The position numbers and the translations under genes are program-made. From Alphaproteobacteria bacterium (GTDB lineage Bacteria > Pseudomonadota > Alphaproteobacteria > Bin95), in the NCBI GenBank assembly GCA_964291285.2, contig OZ219788.1, positions 288,001 through 352,000 on the forward strand: 64,000 nt of DNA, given 5' to 3'. The notes below the pieces were generated by a model. That model saw only the letters and a program-made list of their open reading frames with translations. It made no database searches and was not told the origin of the DNA. Below, piece after piece: positions 10,368 to 19,224 of the stretch (within the stretch, counting starts at the first letter, position 1; every line of letters begins with the position of its first letter).

Positions 10368-12274
10368 CCCAACTTGAACAGTCGGTGTCGATTTTTGCCG
10401 GGCGCGGTTTCGCCAAGTTGTTGAAATGATTGGATAGTGAGGTGATGATTGGCGCGGGTTGAGAAAAATGTAGTGAAACATTTTTGCTGATTTGGCCTTG
10501 TTTTCTTGATTGGTCGATATCGAAGACATACAACGCGGTCATGTTCGTGCGCGAAACGACCGCCCGGGGCCACCGCTATCTCTACCTCGTGGAGAGCGTG
10601 CGCGAGGGCAAGCGGGTGCGCCAGCGCACGATCCGCGCGCTCGGCCGCAAGGACGTGTTGCAGGCGAGCGGGGAGCTGGACCGTCTGATCGCGTCCCTGG
10701 CGCGCCATTCGGAGCGGTCCGTGGTGCTGGAGGACATGGAGGCGGGCGCGCTGGCCTGCGTGCGGGTCGGCGGTCCGCTGCTGTTCGGTCGGCTGTGGGA
10801 TCGGCTGGGCGTGGGCGCTGTCGTGAAGGAGCTTCTGGACGGTCGCGGCTTCGGGTTCGCCGTCGAGCGGGCGGTGTTTGTGAGCGTTCTGCACCGTCTG
10901 TTCGTGTCGGGTTCGGACCGGTCCTGCGAGAAGTGGATGGCCGACTACGCGATCGAGGGGATCGAGGGGTTGCGGCTTCATCAGCTGTATCGGGCGATGG
11001 CCTGGCTCGGGGAGGAGCTGGAGGCGCCGGCGGAAGGCGCGCTTGCGCCGCGCTGCGTGAAGGACGGGATCGAGGAGCGTCTGTTCGAGCACAGGCGGGA
11101 CCTGTTCACCGACCTGTCTGTGGTGTTCATGGACACCACGACGCTGTCGTTCCACGGCGCGGGCGGCGAGACGCTGGGCGCGCACGGCTACTCGAAGGAC
11201 CATCGCCCGGACTTGCGCCAGATGGTTCTGGCGGTGGTGCTGGACGGCGAGGGCCGGCCTGTGTGCACGGAGATGCTGCCGGGCAACACGGCCGACACCA
11301 GGGTGCTGCTGCCGATCGTGGACCGTCTTCGGTCACGCTTCGGGATCGGTCGTGTGTGCGTGGTGGCGGACCGGGGGATGATCTCGGCGGCGACGATAGC
11401 GGCGCTGGAAGAGCGGGGGCTGGACTACATCCTGGGCGCGCGCGAGCGGCGCACGAAGGTGGTCCGCGAGGTGGTGCTGAAGGACACGAAGCCCTTTGTG
11501 CCGCTGCTCCTCAAGCGTCCGCGCGGCGAGACGCAGCTGTTCGTGAAGGAAGTCACGGTGGGCGGCGCGCGCTACATCGTGTGCCGCAACGAGGCGGAAG
11601 CACAGAAGGACCGCGCCGACCGGCAGGCCGTGGTGGACGGCCTCCAGCGCCGCCTTGCGGACGGCGAGAAAGCGCTGATCGGCAACAGCGCCTACCGGCG
11701 TTATCTGCGCCGCACGGGCGCGGGCAAGGCGTTCGAGATCGACGCCGGCAAGCTCGCCGAGGAGGCCCGCTTCGACGGCATCTTCGTGCTGCGCACCAAC
11801 GCCGGCATGACGCCGCTCAATGCCGTGCTCCGCTACCGGGAGCTGCTCACGGTGGAAGACCTGTTCCGCCGGGCGAAGGCCCAGTTGCGCACCCGCCCGA
11901 TCTACCACTCCTGCGACGCCGCGATCCGCGGCCACGTCTTCTGCTCCTTCCTCGCGCTCGTCCTCCAGAAGGAACTGGCCGACCGCTGCGCCGCCGCCAA
12001 CGTCAACGTCGAATGGGACGACCTGATCCGCGATCTCGACCGCCTGCAAGAGGCCACCATCGAGAAGGACGGCAAGCGCATCACCACCCGCACCCATGTC
12101 GAGGGCCAGGTCGGAAAGGTCTTCCAGGCCGTCGGCATCGCGCTGCCGCCGAACTGGCGCGAACACAAAGCCTGACCGTCCCCAAAATCAACGAAATGTA
12201 GTGGGTACACCCGGCGATGCCGGTGTAACTCCCTGTTCTATCGAATACTTTTAATCGTCACTGTTGAAGTTGGG
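10368..12274 (+). mobile_element. IS1634-family element (type B) copy 1, 1907 bp
   Basis: TIR CCCAACTT(G/C)AACAGT; 5-bp TSD CTTGG (10363-10367 / 12275-12279), confirmed by the empty site in the second IS630. Confidence 0.95.
10541..12175 (+). CDS. IS1634-family transposase
   Basis: FMDTTT, GYSKDHRPD, VADRG, VEDLFR, TRPIYH. Confidence 0.92.
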   Translation: MFVRETTARGHRYLYLVESVREGKRVRQRTIRALGRKDVLQASGELDRLIASLARHSERSVVLEDMEAGALACVRVGGPLLFGRLWDRLGVGAVVKELLDGRGFGFAVERAVFVSVLHRLFVSGSDRSCEKWMADYAIEGIEGLRLHQLYRAMAWLGEELEAPAEGALAPRCVKDGIEERLFEHRRDLFTDLSVVFMDTTTLSFHGAGGETLGAHGYSKDHRPDLRQMVLAVVLDGEGRPVCTEMLPGNTADTRVLLPIVDRLRSRFGIGRVCVVADRGMISAATIAALEERGLDYILGARERRTKVVREVVLKDTKPFVPLLLKRPRGETQLFVKEVTVGGARYIVCRNEAEAQKDRADRQAVVDGLQRRLADGEKALIGNSAYRRYLRRTGAGKAFEIDAGKLAEEARFDGIFVLRTNAGMTPLNAVLRYRELLTVEDLFRRAKAQLRTRPIYHSCDAAIRGHVFCSFLALVLQKELADRCAAANVNVEWDDLIRDLDRLQEATIEKDGKRITTRTHVEGQVGKVFQAVGIALPPNWREHKA

Positions 12275-13955
12275 CTTGGCGTAGCCCATCCGGCGCAACT
12301 CCCGCCCGACCGTCGTCTCCGCCAACGAGATGCCGAACTGCTCGCTGAGCCATGCCGCCAGGTCGCAGCGCCGCCACCGCACCACGCCGTGGATCGCCGG
12401 GTCCGGACCGCTCTCCACAACCGCCGCCAGCGCCGCGCGCTGCTCCCCGTTCAACTTGCGCGGCGGACCTGAGGCCTTGCGATCCTTCAATCCCTCCGGG
12501 CCTTCCGCGTTGAAGCGAAGAACCCAGTCCCGGATGATCTGCAAGCCCACCCCCGCAAAACGCGCCGCATCCGAACGACGGTAACCGTCGTAAATCACCG
12601 CAAGCGCAAGAAGGCGACGGTTCTGCGAACCATACCGGCTCCGCTGCGCCAAGCCGCGCAACTGCGCCGCATCAAAATCCTCCCTCAAGGGGATTGCTGC
12701 CCTCATAACGACCCTCCAATCGCAGAATCGCTATTGAGCCAGAACTCGATAACCTTGGGAATCCCCTCAATGAGTCTCAACCCTCAACCGCTGGTATAAG
12801 CCGCTTCTACGCCATAGGCCGAGGGCTGGGCTGCTTCCCCGCTACCCGATTCCATCGCATCAGGCTCGACGTTCCATTCGAGCCCGTCGAGCTCGTCGCG
12901 CACGGTCATGTAGTGGCCGGTGAACGAGACGGGACCGAAGCCCAGGCCGCCGGAAACCGCGAGGCCGGCCACTTTCTTGCCGTCCTCCGTAGTCCCTTCC
13001 AGCGTGTCCGCCTCGGCGACATCGTTGATCCAGCCGATGCCGGCGTTGAAGGCTATGCCGCCGAGCTCGATCCCGTAGTCCAACTGGACGCCGAAATCGC
13101 TGATACGGTCCTTTTCCTTGTAATCGACGTCGCCGTTGAAGACGTAAGCCGAAGCGGCGAGGCCTGCTTCGGACTCGAAGGAGAGCTGCAGCGCGCTCTC
13201 GCCGGCCTCGCCCATTTCGAGCCCCAGCGGGTCGGAGATGAGTTCCGTGCCGAAATCGGCGAAGGGCAGGGTGAACAGGCCGGCGGTGAACGAAACGGGC
13301 ATCTCCTCCACGCCGATCGTGAAGGCCGCGGTATCGACCTCGATCCCGCCTTCGTCGCCCATCGTCAGGACGATTTCGGCGCTGGCGGCATCGCTGATTT
13401 CAGCCTCGAAGGCGACATCCACCGTGGCCGTGTCGGCGTTCGATGCGGACTTGCCCTCATAGGGGTTGTCCTGGACGATCTCGACCTCGATGGCGCCGCC
13501 GATCCCGAGGCCGCCGGCGGCGGCCGCCGCTTCCTCCGCCTGAGCGCGGATGTCGGCTGCGGTCTGCTCCTGCACCGCCACCTTCGCCTTCAGCTTCGCG
13601 AGCGCCTGCTCCTTCTCCATCATGGCCGCGTCGCGTTCGGCGAGGCGTTCCTCAAGCTGCTGGATGCGCTTTTCCAGCGCTTCGAGGCGGGCGTCGGTTC
13701 CGCTCTGGGCCAGGGCGCCGCCGGACAGCAGGCAGGCGCCGAGCGCCGCCGCCGCCAACAGTCTGGGCATTCTCATGCGTCGTATCCCTTTCATCGCGTT
13801 TTTCGTTCGGACACACCGGATAACGGGCAATATCCATGCCGGGGGCCGGATTGCGCCCTCCCCCCGTCCGGCTGCCCCAGGGCGAATTAATTGTCTGCCT
13901 TTGGGCCATGTTGAGGTGGGGTCCGGGGTGGCTATTTTTTTCTTGATATGGCAGT

Positions 13956-15752
13956 GTGCCGGTCATGGCGAGGTTTCTGTTTGCGGGTGTTTGGGTTGAT
14001 CTTCGCGCGGTCACGGTGCGCCCGACCTGGGGGGCACGGGAGCACCGGCGCTGGGACGATTTGGTAGCGGCGCACCACTATCTGCGGTTCCACGGCATCA
14101 TCGGCAAGGGTCTGCGCCATGTCGCGGTTCATGGCGAGGCCTGGCTTGCCCTGGTTGGCTGGCAGCCTGGAGCGTTCAAGGTGGGAGCGCGGGACCGCTG
14201 GATCGGGTGGTCGGCGGAGCAGCAGTTCCGTCGCCTGCATCTGGTTGCCAACAACTCGCGCTTTGTCATCCTGACGCCTGAGCGGGTTCCCAACCTTGCC
14301 TCGCGGGTGCTGGGGCTGAGCGTGCGGCGGCTGTCGCAGGACCTGCGGGCGGCGCATGGCTATCCGGCTGTTGTGGCGGAGACGTTTGTGGACGTCTCGC
14401 GCTTCGCCGGCACCTGCTACCGCGCGGCCAACTGGCGCTCTTTGGGTCTGACGCGCGGCTTTGCCCGCGAGCCCGGAGGGGTGGCGCGCTGGCGTCACCA
14501 CGGCCAGCCCAAGGAGGTCTTCGTGTTCGAACTGACACACGGCGCCCCCGAGGCGCTGAGCCATCCCGAGATACCGGCAGACTGGAACGCTGAGCAGCAC
14601 ACCGAGCCGATGGCGGCGCCCCGGCTGCGCAGCCTGTTCGAGTGTTTGGGCGAGGTGCCCGAATACCGCCATGCCCGGGGCAAGCGCTATGCGCTCACCA
14701 CCATTCTGACGCTGGCCGTTGCCGCCCGGCTTGCCGGATACCGGGGTGTGAACGCCTTCGCCCAGTTCGCCGCCCTGCTCTCCCAGAAGCAACTCAAGGC
14801 GGTGGGCGCCTTCTGGAGCCCATCCAGGCAGTGCTACACGCCGCCGGCGGTCACCACCTTCCACAACATCCTCGCCGCCCTGCCGCCACAGACCCTGGAC
14901 AATGCCATCGGCCAGTGGGCCGGACAGCACAGCAGTGCGCACGCGCCTGTGGCCATGGACGGAAAGGATTTGCGCGGTGCCTCGAAGCAGAGCGAAGACC
15001 GGCGCAGGAGGATGGTCGCTGCGGTGGCGCATGACACCGGCGTGGTCCTCGGGCAGGTCGAAGTCAGCTCCAAAAGCAACGAAATCCCGGCCGTGCGCGA
15101 ACTCTCCAGCGGTCTCGACCTCACAGGCCGGATCGTCACCATCGATGCGATGCACGCCCAGCACGAGACCGCGCGTTGCCTGCTCGAACGCCGTGCCGAC
15201 TACGTGGTCAGCGCGGTGAAGGGCAACCAGCAGACCATCCTCGAAGACCTCAAGGCGATCGACTTCAGCGATGCGCCCTGGCACGAAACCGTCGACAAGG
15301 GCCATGGTCGCATTGAGCGCCGACGCTGCGCCGTCGTCGACCTCTGCGCTGCCGAGTGGGACGGCTACGCCCACCTTCACGGGCGCCGCCAGGCAATGCG
15401 CATGGAACGCGAGCGCAAGATGCTCAAAACCGGCAAGCGCAGCATCGAGGTCACCTGGAGCCTGACGTCGCTTGGCGCAGAGCGAGCCGGCCCCAAGGAG
15501 CTTCTCGATCTGGTGCGCAACCACTGGCACATTGAGAACCGTGTGCACTATGTGCGTGACTTCACCTATGACGAAGACCGTTGCCGGGCATATGTGCGCC
15601 ACCTGCCCGGAAATCTGGCCTGCTTGAGCAACGCGGCCATCGCTATCGTGCGCTGCGACGGACGCTTCCGATATGTACCCGAGGCCAACCGGCACTACGC
15701 CGCCCGCGCCCAAGAGGCCCTCGACGCGATTATGATCGCGCCCAGAGGCTGA
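13956..15752 (+). CDS. ISAs1-family transposase with an N-terminal DUF4338-like domain
   Basis: N-terminal HHYL, RDRWIGW, NNSRF, NLASRVL, GTCYRAANW; C-terminal MDGK, KSNEIP, IDAMHAQ, VKGNQ, HGRIE, HWHIEN; exact start uncertain. Confidence 0.85.
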   Translation: MPVMARFLFAGVWVDLRAVTVRPTWGAREHRRWDDLVAAHHYLRFHGIIGKGLRHVAVHGEAWLALVGWQPGAFKVGARDRWIGWSAEQQFRRLHLVANNSRFVILTPERVPNLASRVLGLSVRRLSQDLRAAHGYPAVVAETFVDVSRFAGTCYRAANWRSLGLTRGFAREPGGVARWRHHGQPKEVFVFELTHGAPEALSHPEIPADWNAEQHTEPMAAPRLRSLFECLGEVPEYRHARGKRYALTTILTLAVAARLAGYRGVNAFAQFAALLSQKQLKAVGAFWSPSRQCYTPPAVTTFHNILAALPPQTLDNAIGQWAGQHSSAHAPVAMDGKDLRGASKQSEDRRRRMVAAVAHDTGVVLGQVEVSSKSNEIPAVRELSSGLDLTGRIVTIDAMHAQHETARCLLERRADYVVSAVKGNQQTILEDLKAIDFSDAPWHETVDKGHGRIERRRCAVVDLCAAEWDGYAHLHGRRQAMRMERERKMLKTGKRSIEVTWSLTSLGAERAGPKELLDLVRNHWHIENRVHYVRDFTYDEDRCRAYVRHLPGNLACLSNAAIAIVRCDGRFRYVPEANRHYAARAQEALDAIMIAPRG

Positions 15753-15889
15753 TACCCCACCCCCCACCGCAATACAGGCTCGGGCCGAAGAACGGCGCAG
15801 CAAAACAACTGCGCCCGTCGAGGACGAAAACACTGGACCGCGGCATCAAGAAACCACCATGACGGCGGCCAGAAACGTCTGGGGTTCCC

Positions 15890-16301
15890 CAAAACCTTCA
15901 TTGTCGGGCGGGTCGGCCACCCCGTATCATGAAAACAGGTGCCGGCCGCGCGGGCGGGACTTCGGGCTTTTACGGGGTTGCCTACCGGTCAGGGTCCGCA
16001 AGACGGGCGCCGCAGATGGCGAGTATCGGACGCCTCGGGAGCAGTGCTTTGGCGGGGAGGTTTTTTTTGCGCCCGATCCCCAACAATTTTCACGGCAAAA
16101 CCTTCATTGTCGGGCGGGTCGGCCACCCCGTATCATGAAAACAGGTGCCGGCCGCGCGGGCGGGACTTCGGGCTTTTACGGGGTTGCCTACCGGTCAGGG
16201 TCCGCAAGACGGGCGCCGCAGATGGCGAGTATCGGACGCCTCGGGAGCAGTGCTTTGGCGGGGAGGTTTTTTTTGCGCCCGATCCCCAACAATTTTCACG
16301 G
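15890..16301. repeat. 206-bp tandem duplication (2 copies)
   Basis: 15890-16095 is repeated at 16096-16301, apparently exactly. Confidence 0.95.
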
Positions 16302-16655
16302 CAAACACCGGCAGCCAGACCGACATCACTCAGACAAAGCCCGCGGTTCGACTAAAAATTTTCCCTGCGGAACCCCCTGATCGGCGATCAGGGGATTCCT
16401 CCGGGAGGCGTGTGCGCTGTTTGGAAGTTCTTTCTGAGCAAGGCATTGCGGAGGGTCTGGATTTTTCTTACCCCGTCAGGATGGCTGATTTCGGGGGTTT
16501 TTGCGGTTTGGAGGGAAAGGTTTTGTGGATTTCCACCCCATGGCCGTGCGCGGGCTGGTTTTCGGGCGCGTCGCGTTGAGGCGCGGGACTGAGTAGAAGG
16601 TGTCGCCATCGGGCCTGCGGCCCTTGTTCCATCCACCGGTGCTGGTTGGGAGAAC

Positions 16656-17274
16656 GTGATGGCGACAGCGGAGAAGTTACCGTTTTCGTGGCGGTCTGTC
16701 GAAGGTTTTCCGGATCTTGCGCGGTTGCGTGTGGTGCTGGAGGTGCTTCCGGACGAGGAGGTTGTGGCAGCGCTTGAGGCGGGTCGCGGGCGGAACGACT
16801 ATCCGGTGCGGGCGATGTGGCGTGCGTTGATCGCGGGGATCGTGTTCCGGCACGCCTCGATGCAGTCGCTTCTGCGGGAGCTGGGCCGCAACCCGGCGCT
16901 TCTGGAGATTTGCGGTTTCGAGGCGCTGCCCTTGCAGGGCGCGCCGGTGGTGGCGCTTTGCGCGGGGCGGGTGGTGAGGTATCCGGCGCCGTTGCGCTCG
17001 ACGGTGCCGGGCGCCTGGAACTTCTCGCGGTTCCTGGGGCGCGTGGTGCGCCTTGAGGACGAGCGCGGCCTTGTGTCGGGGATGATCGGGCGTCTGCGCG
17101 CCTCGCTGTTCGAGGAGTTGCCGGACTTCGGTCGCCATCTCGGGTATGACGGCAAGGCGGTGGCGAGCCACTCGACGGGCCGGGTTGCCGGGGCCAGGGG
17201 GCAGACCTCGGACCCCGATGCGGACTGGGGCAGGCACGAGACGGGCGGGGTGAACGCGAAGACCGGCGCGGTGT
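16656..17274 (+). pseudogene. Truncated transposase (IS4/IS1182-like N-terminus), cut at the left junction of element 1
   Basis: LEVLPDE, GRNDYPVRAMW, WNFSRF, YDGK, DPDADWG; breaks abruptly into AT-rich DNA; palindrome at 16374-16394 upstream. Confidence 0.75.
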
Positions 17275-17656
17275 AAATCTCGAATGAGATTTTTCATGTT
17301 AGGGCACTATCTGACAGAAGGTCGCCTTCCTCCCATGAGGGGGTCCTGAATACAGGATATTTTTGGGCATGGCAAGAGGCATTGGCACGAAATCCGACTG
17401 ACCTACAGGAAGGTCCTGAACGCGATAGTGGCACTGGGGGAAGTAAAACAATGACAACGCATTGTTTCCGGGGGGCATTGAGGGTAGCCTTATGCATGAA
17501 TGCATTTCTAGTACGAAGGAAGTCACGACCATCGTGGTGATGCACCTAATCAACCTGTGAGAGGATGAATATGATAACTGATACAGGAGAAAAACAAGAG
17601 CACTTGCCGGTAAAGCACGGAATTCTGATGGCTGCGGCAGGTCCGGGGGCGTCGTC

Positions 17657-18040
17657 ATGAGCCGGGCTCCGGGGGGCCGCCGCACGCAGCATGCGGTGAT
17701 GGCGACGGCGAACGAGTGGGCGCGCATCAGGGAGCTTGCCGACGAGGCGGGCATGGAAATCTCGCGCTACATCGTTCACCGGGCCATCATGGCGGAGGCG
17801 GTGCCGGCCGTCGTCATGCGGCGCGCGGTGCGCGAACTGCTGGTGCTGGCAAAGATCGAGCAGGAGCGCATGGAGGACCTCGACCTGGGGGACCGCTGGA
17901 CCGCTCTCGGCGATGCCGTCGATGCCTGGCTCTCCCGTGAGGACGACCTGGACCGCCTGACCGATCCCGGCGCGGCGGCGCGCTGGCAGGCGGTCTCGGT
18001 CAGCGGCGATCCGGAGGGCGGCCCCGCGCCGCAGCCCTGA
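17657..18040 (+). CDS. Ribbon-helix-helix (MobC/NikA-like) protein 1
   Basis: QHAVMATANEWARIRELADEAGMEISRYI beta-helix-helix pattern; homolog at 59450-59770. Confidence 0.65.
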   Translation: MSRAPGGRRTQHAVMATANEWARIRELADEAGMEISRYIVHRAIMAEAVPAVVMRRAVRELLVLAKIEQERMEDLDLGDRWTALGDAVDAWLSREDDLDRLTDPGAAARWQAVSVSGDPEGGPAPQP

Positions 18041-18047
18041 GGCGGTC

Positions 18048-18377
18048 ATGGCAAGAGTGGTTCGCCGCACCCTGCGCTGCACGGCGGTCGAAAAGGCGGC
18101 GATCGGGGAGAGGGCCGAGGCGGTCGGCATGCCGGTCTCGCGCTTCCTGGTAGCCTGCGCGCTGCACGAGGATGCGGGCGGGGCGCCCCGCGAGGAGCCC
18201 CGGCTGGTGCTCTCGGAGGAGGAACAGCGGACATTGCATGAGCGGGTGGCGCGGATGGACGCCGTCCATCGCGCCTTGCACGAGGCGCTTCCCGGCACGG
18301 ACCTGTCGCTGTTCGGCGCGATCGCGTTCATCCAGCGCGCGCTTCGGGAGCGCCCTTCGGGATGGGCCGATCGATGA
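18048..18377 (+). CDS. Ribbon-helix-helix-like protein 2
   Basis: RRTLRCTAVEKAAIGERAEAVGMPVSRFL. Confidence 0.65.
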   Translation: MARVVRRTLRCTAVEKAAIGERAEAVGMPVSRFLVACALHEDAGGAPREEPRLVLSEEEQRTLHERVARMDAVHRALHEALPGTDLSLFGAIAFIQRALRERPSGWADR

Positions 18378-18823
18378 CGGCGCGCGGTTCCGGCGGGCGG
18401 GTGCGGCTGACTATCTCATGCTCCGACCTGGACTGGGAGCGAAGCCGGGAGATCGCGGACCGGCGCGGCGTTTCGATCAACGGGCACATGATTTCCGCGG
18501 GGCTGAGCGTCGAGCTCGATCCGGAGGCGTTGTCCGGTCCGTCGCTCGTCCTGTCCGGGGCGGAGCAGCGGCAGCTGTTCGACCGGGTCGCCCGTATGGC
18601 GGACGGCGCCCTGGCGGCGGCGGGTCCGGGCGGGAGTTCCATCGAACGGCTCCGGCAATCGGTGGAGCTGCTGCTCATGACGGTGCTGCGTGACATGGTC
18701 CGGCAGGGCCGGGAGGACGAACTCGGGCCTCTGCTGGCGGAGACGTTCGGCGCCGACCACGCCCCGGAGATCGAACGGCAGTTTCACAGGTGGATGGAGA
18801 ACCAGACGCCGCTGCTCGGCTGA
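18374..18823 (+). CDS. Ribbon-helix-helix-like protein 3
   Basis: RLTISCSDLDWERSREIADRRGVSINGHMI; ATGA overlap with the previous gene. Confidence 0.6.
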   Translation: MTARGSGGRVRLTISCSDLDWERSREIADRRGVSINGHMISAGLSVELDPEALSGPSLVLSGAEQRQLFDRVARMADGALAAAGPGGSSIERLRQSVELLLMTVLRDMVRQGREDELGPLLAETFGADHAPEIERQFHRWMENQTPLLG

Positions 18824-18919
18824 GCTGGCGGTGCTGGCCGATAGTATTCACGGAGTTTCCCCTCGAGTTGCGCAGCAAGATCGCCGACCGGGCGATCGGG
18901 GCTGAGGCGGGACCCTGGC

Positions 18920-19035
18920 GAAAGCACCGGGACGGAAAGAACGGGAAGCGATGGCGGTCAAGCGACTCTTCGACCGTTTCCCCAACGAGGACGCGGCCCG
19001 CAAATGGTTCGAGGCCGTTATCTGGCCGGACGAGA
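18920..19035 (+). pseudogene. IS1595-family transposase N-terminal remnant
   Basis: KAPGRKER..LFDRFPNEDAARKWFEAVIWPD, ending before the zinc ribbon. Confidence 0.6.
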
Positions 19036-19224
19036 ACAACCGGCACAAACCGCCAGTTCCCGATCATCCTGACCCGTCGATACAGAAGGCGCCGTGCGGC
19101 CAGTCTGTCCAACGACCGCTCGCAGTTTTGCCGCTCCTGAACGGCTTCGTGCATCGCCTCGCCAGTCCGGCTCGCAAGACCGGTCACGCCGGGGATGCCC
19201 GGCAGGACCCGGCAGCACCGCCGG

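Larger units (their letters stand above)
9718..12796 (-). mobile_element. IS630-family element, copy 1 (1167 bp when the nested IS1634 is removed)
   Basis: TACCAGCGG...CCGCTGGTA ends flanked by TA(A); WWQDEARVG, LDRAGWH, SPELNPVE; nearly identical to 60784-61950. Confidence 0.92.
9438..13776 (-). pseudogene. LbtU-like siderophore porin split by IS630::IS1634 (5' part 12797-13776, 3' part 9438-9717)
   Basis: Signal peptide, coiled coil, GGAIEVE, ISDPLGLEMGE and terminal TLQLAAEF; removing the IS restores EAAY-ALE in frame. Confidence 0.8.
13878..16367 (+). mobile_element. ISAs1-family element with a long 3' non-coding region
   Basis: Imperfect TIR CAGGGCGAATTAATTGTC vs (reverse complement) CAGGGAAAATTTTTAGTC; no TSD seen. 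Confidence 0.75.
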
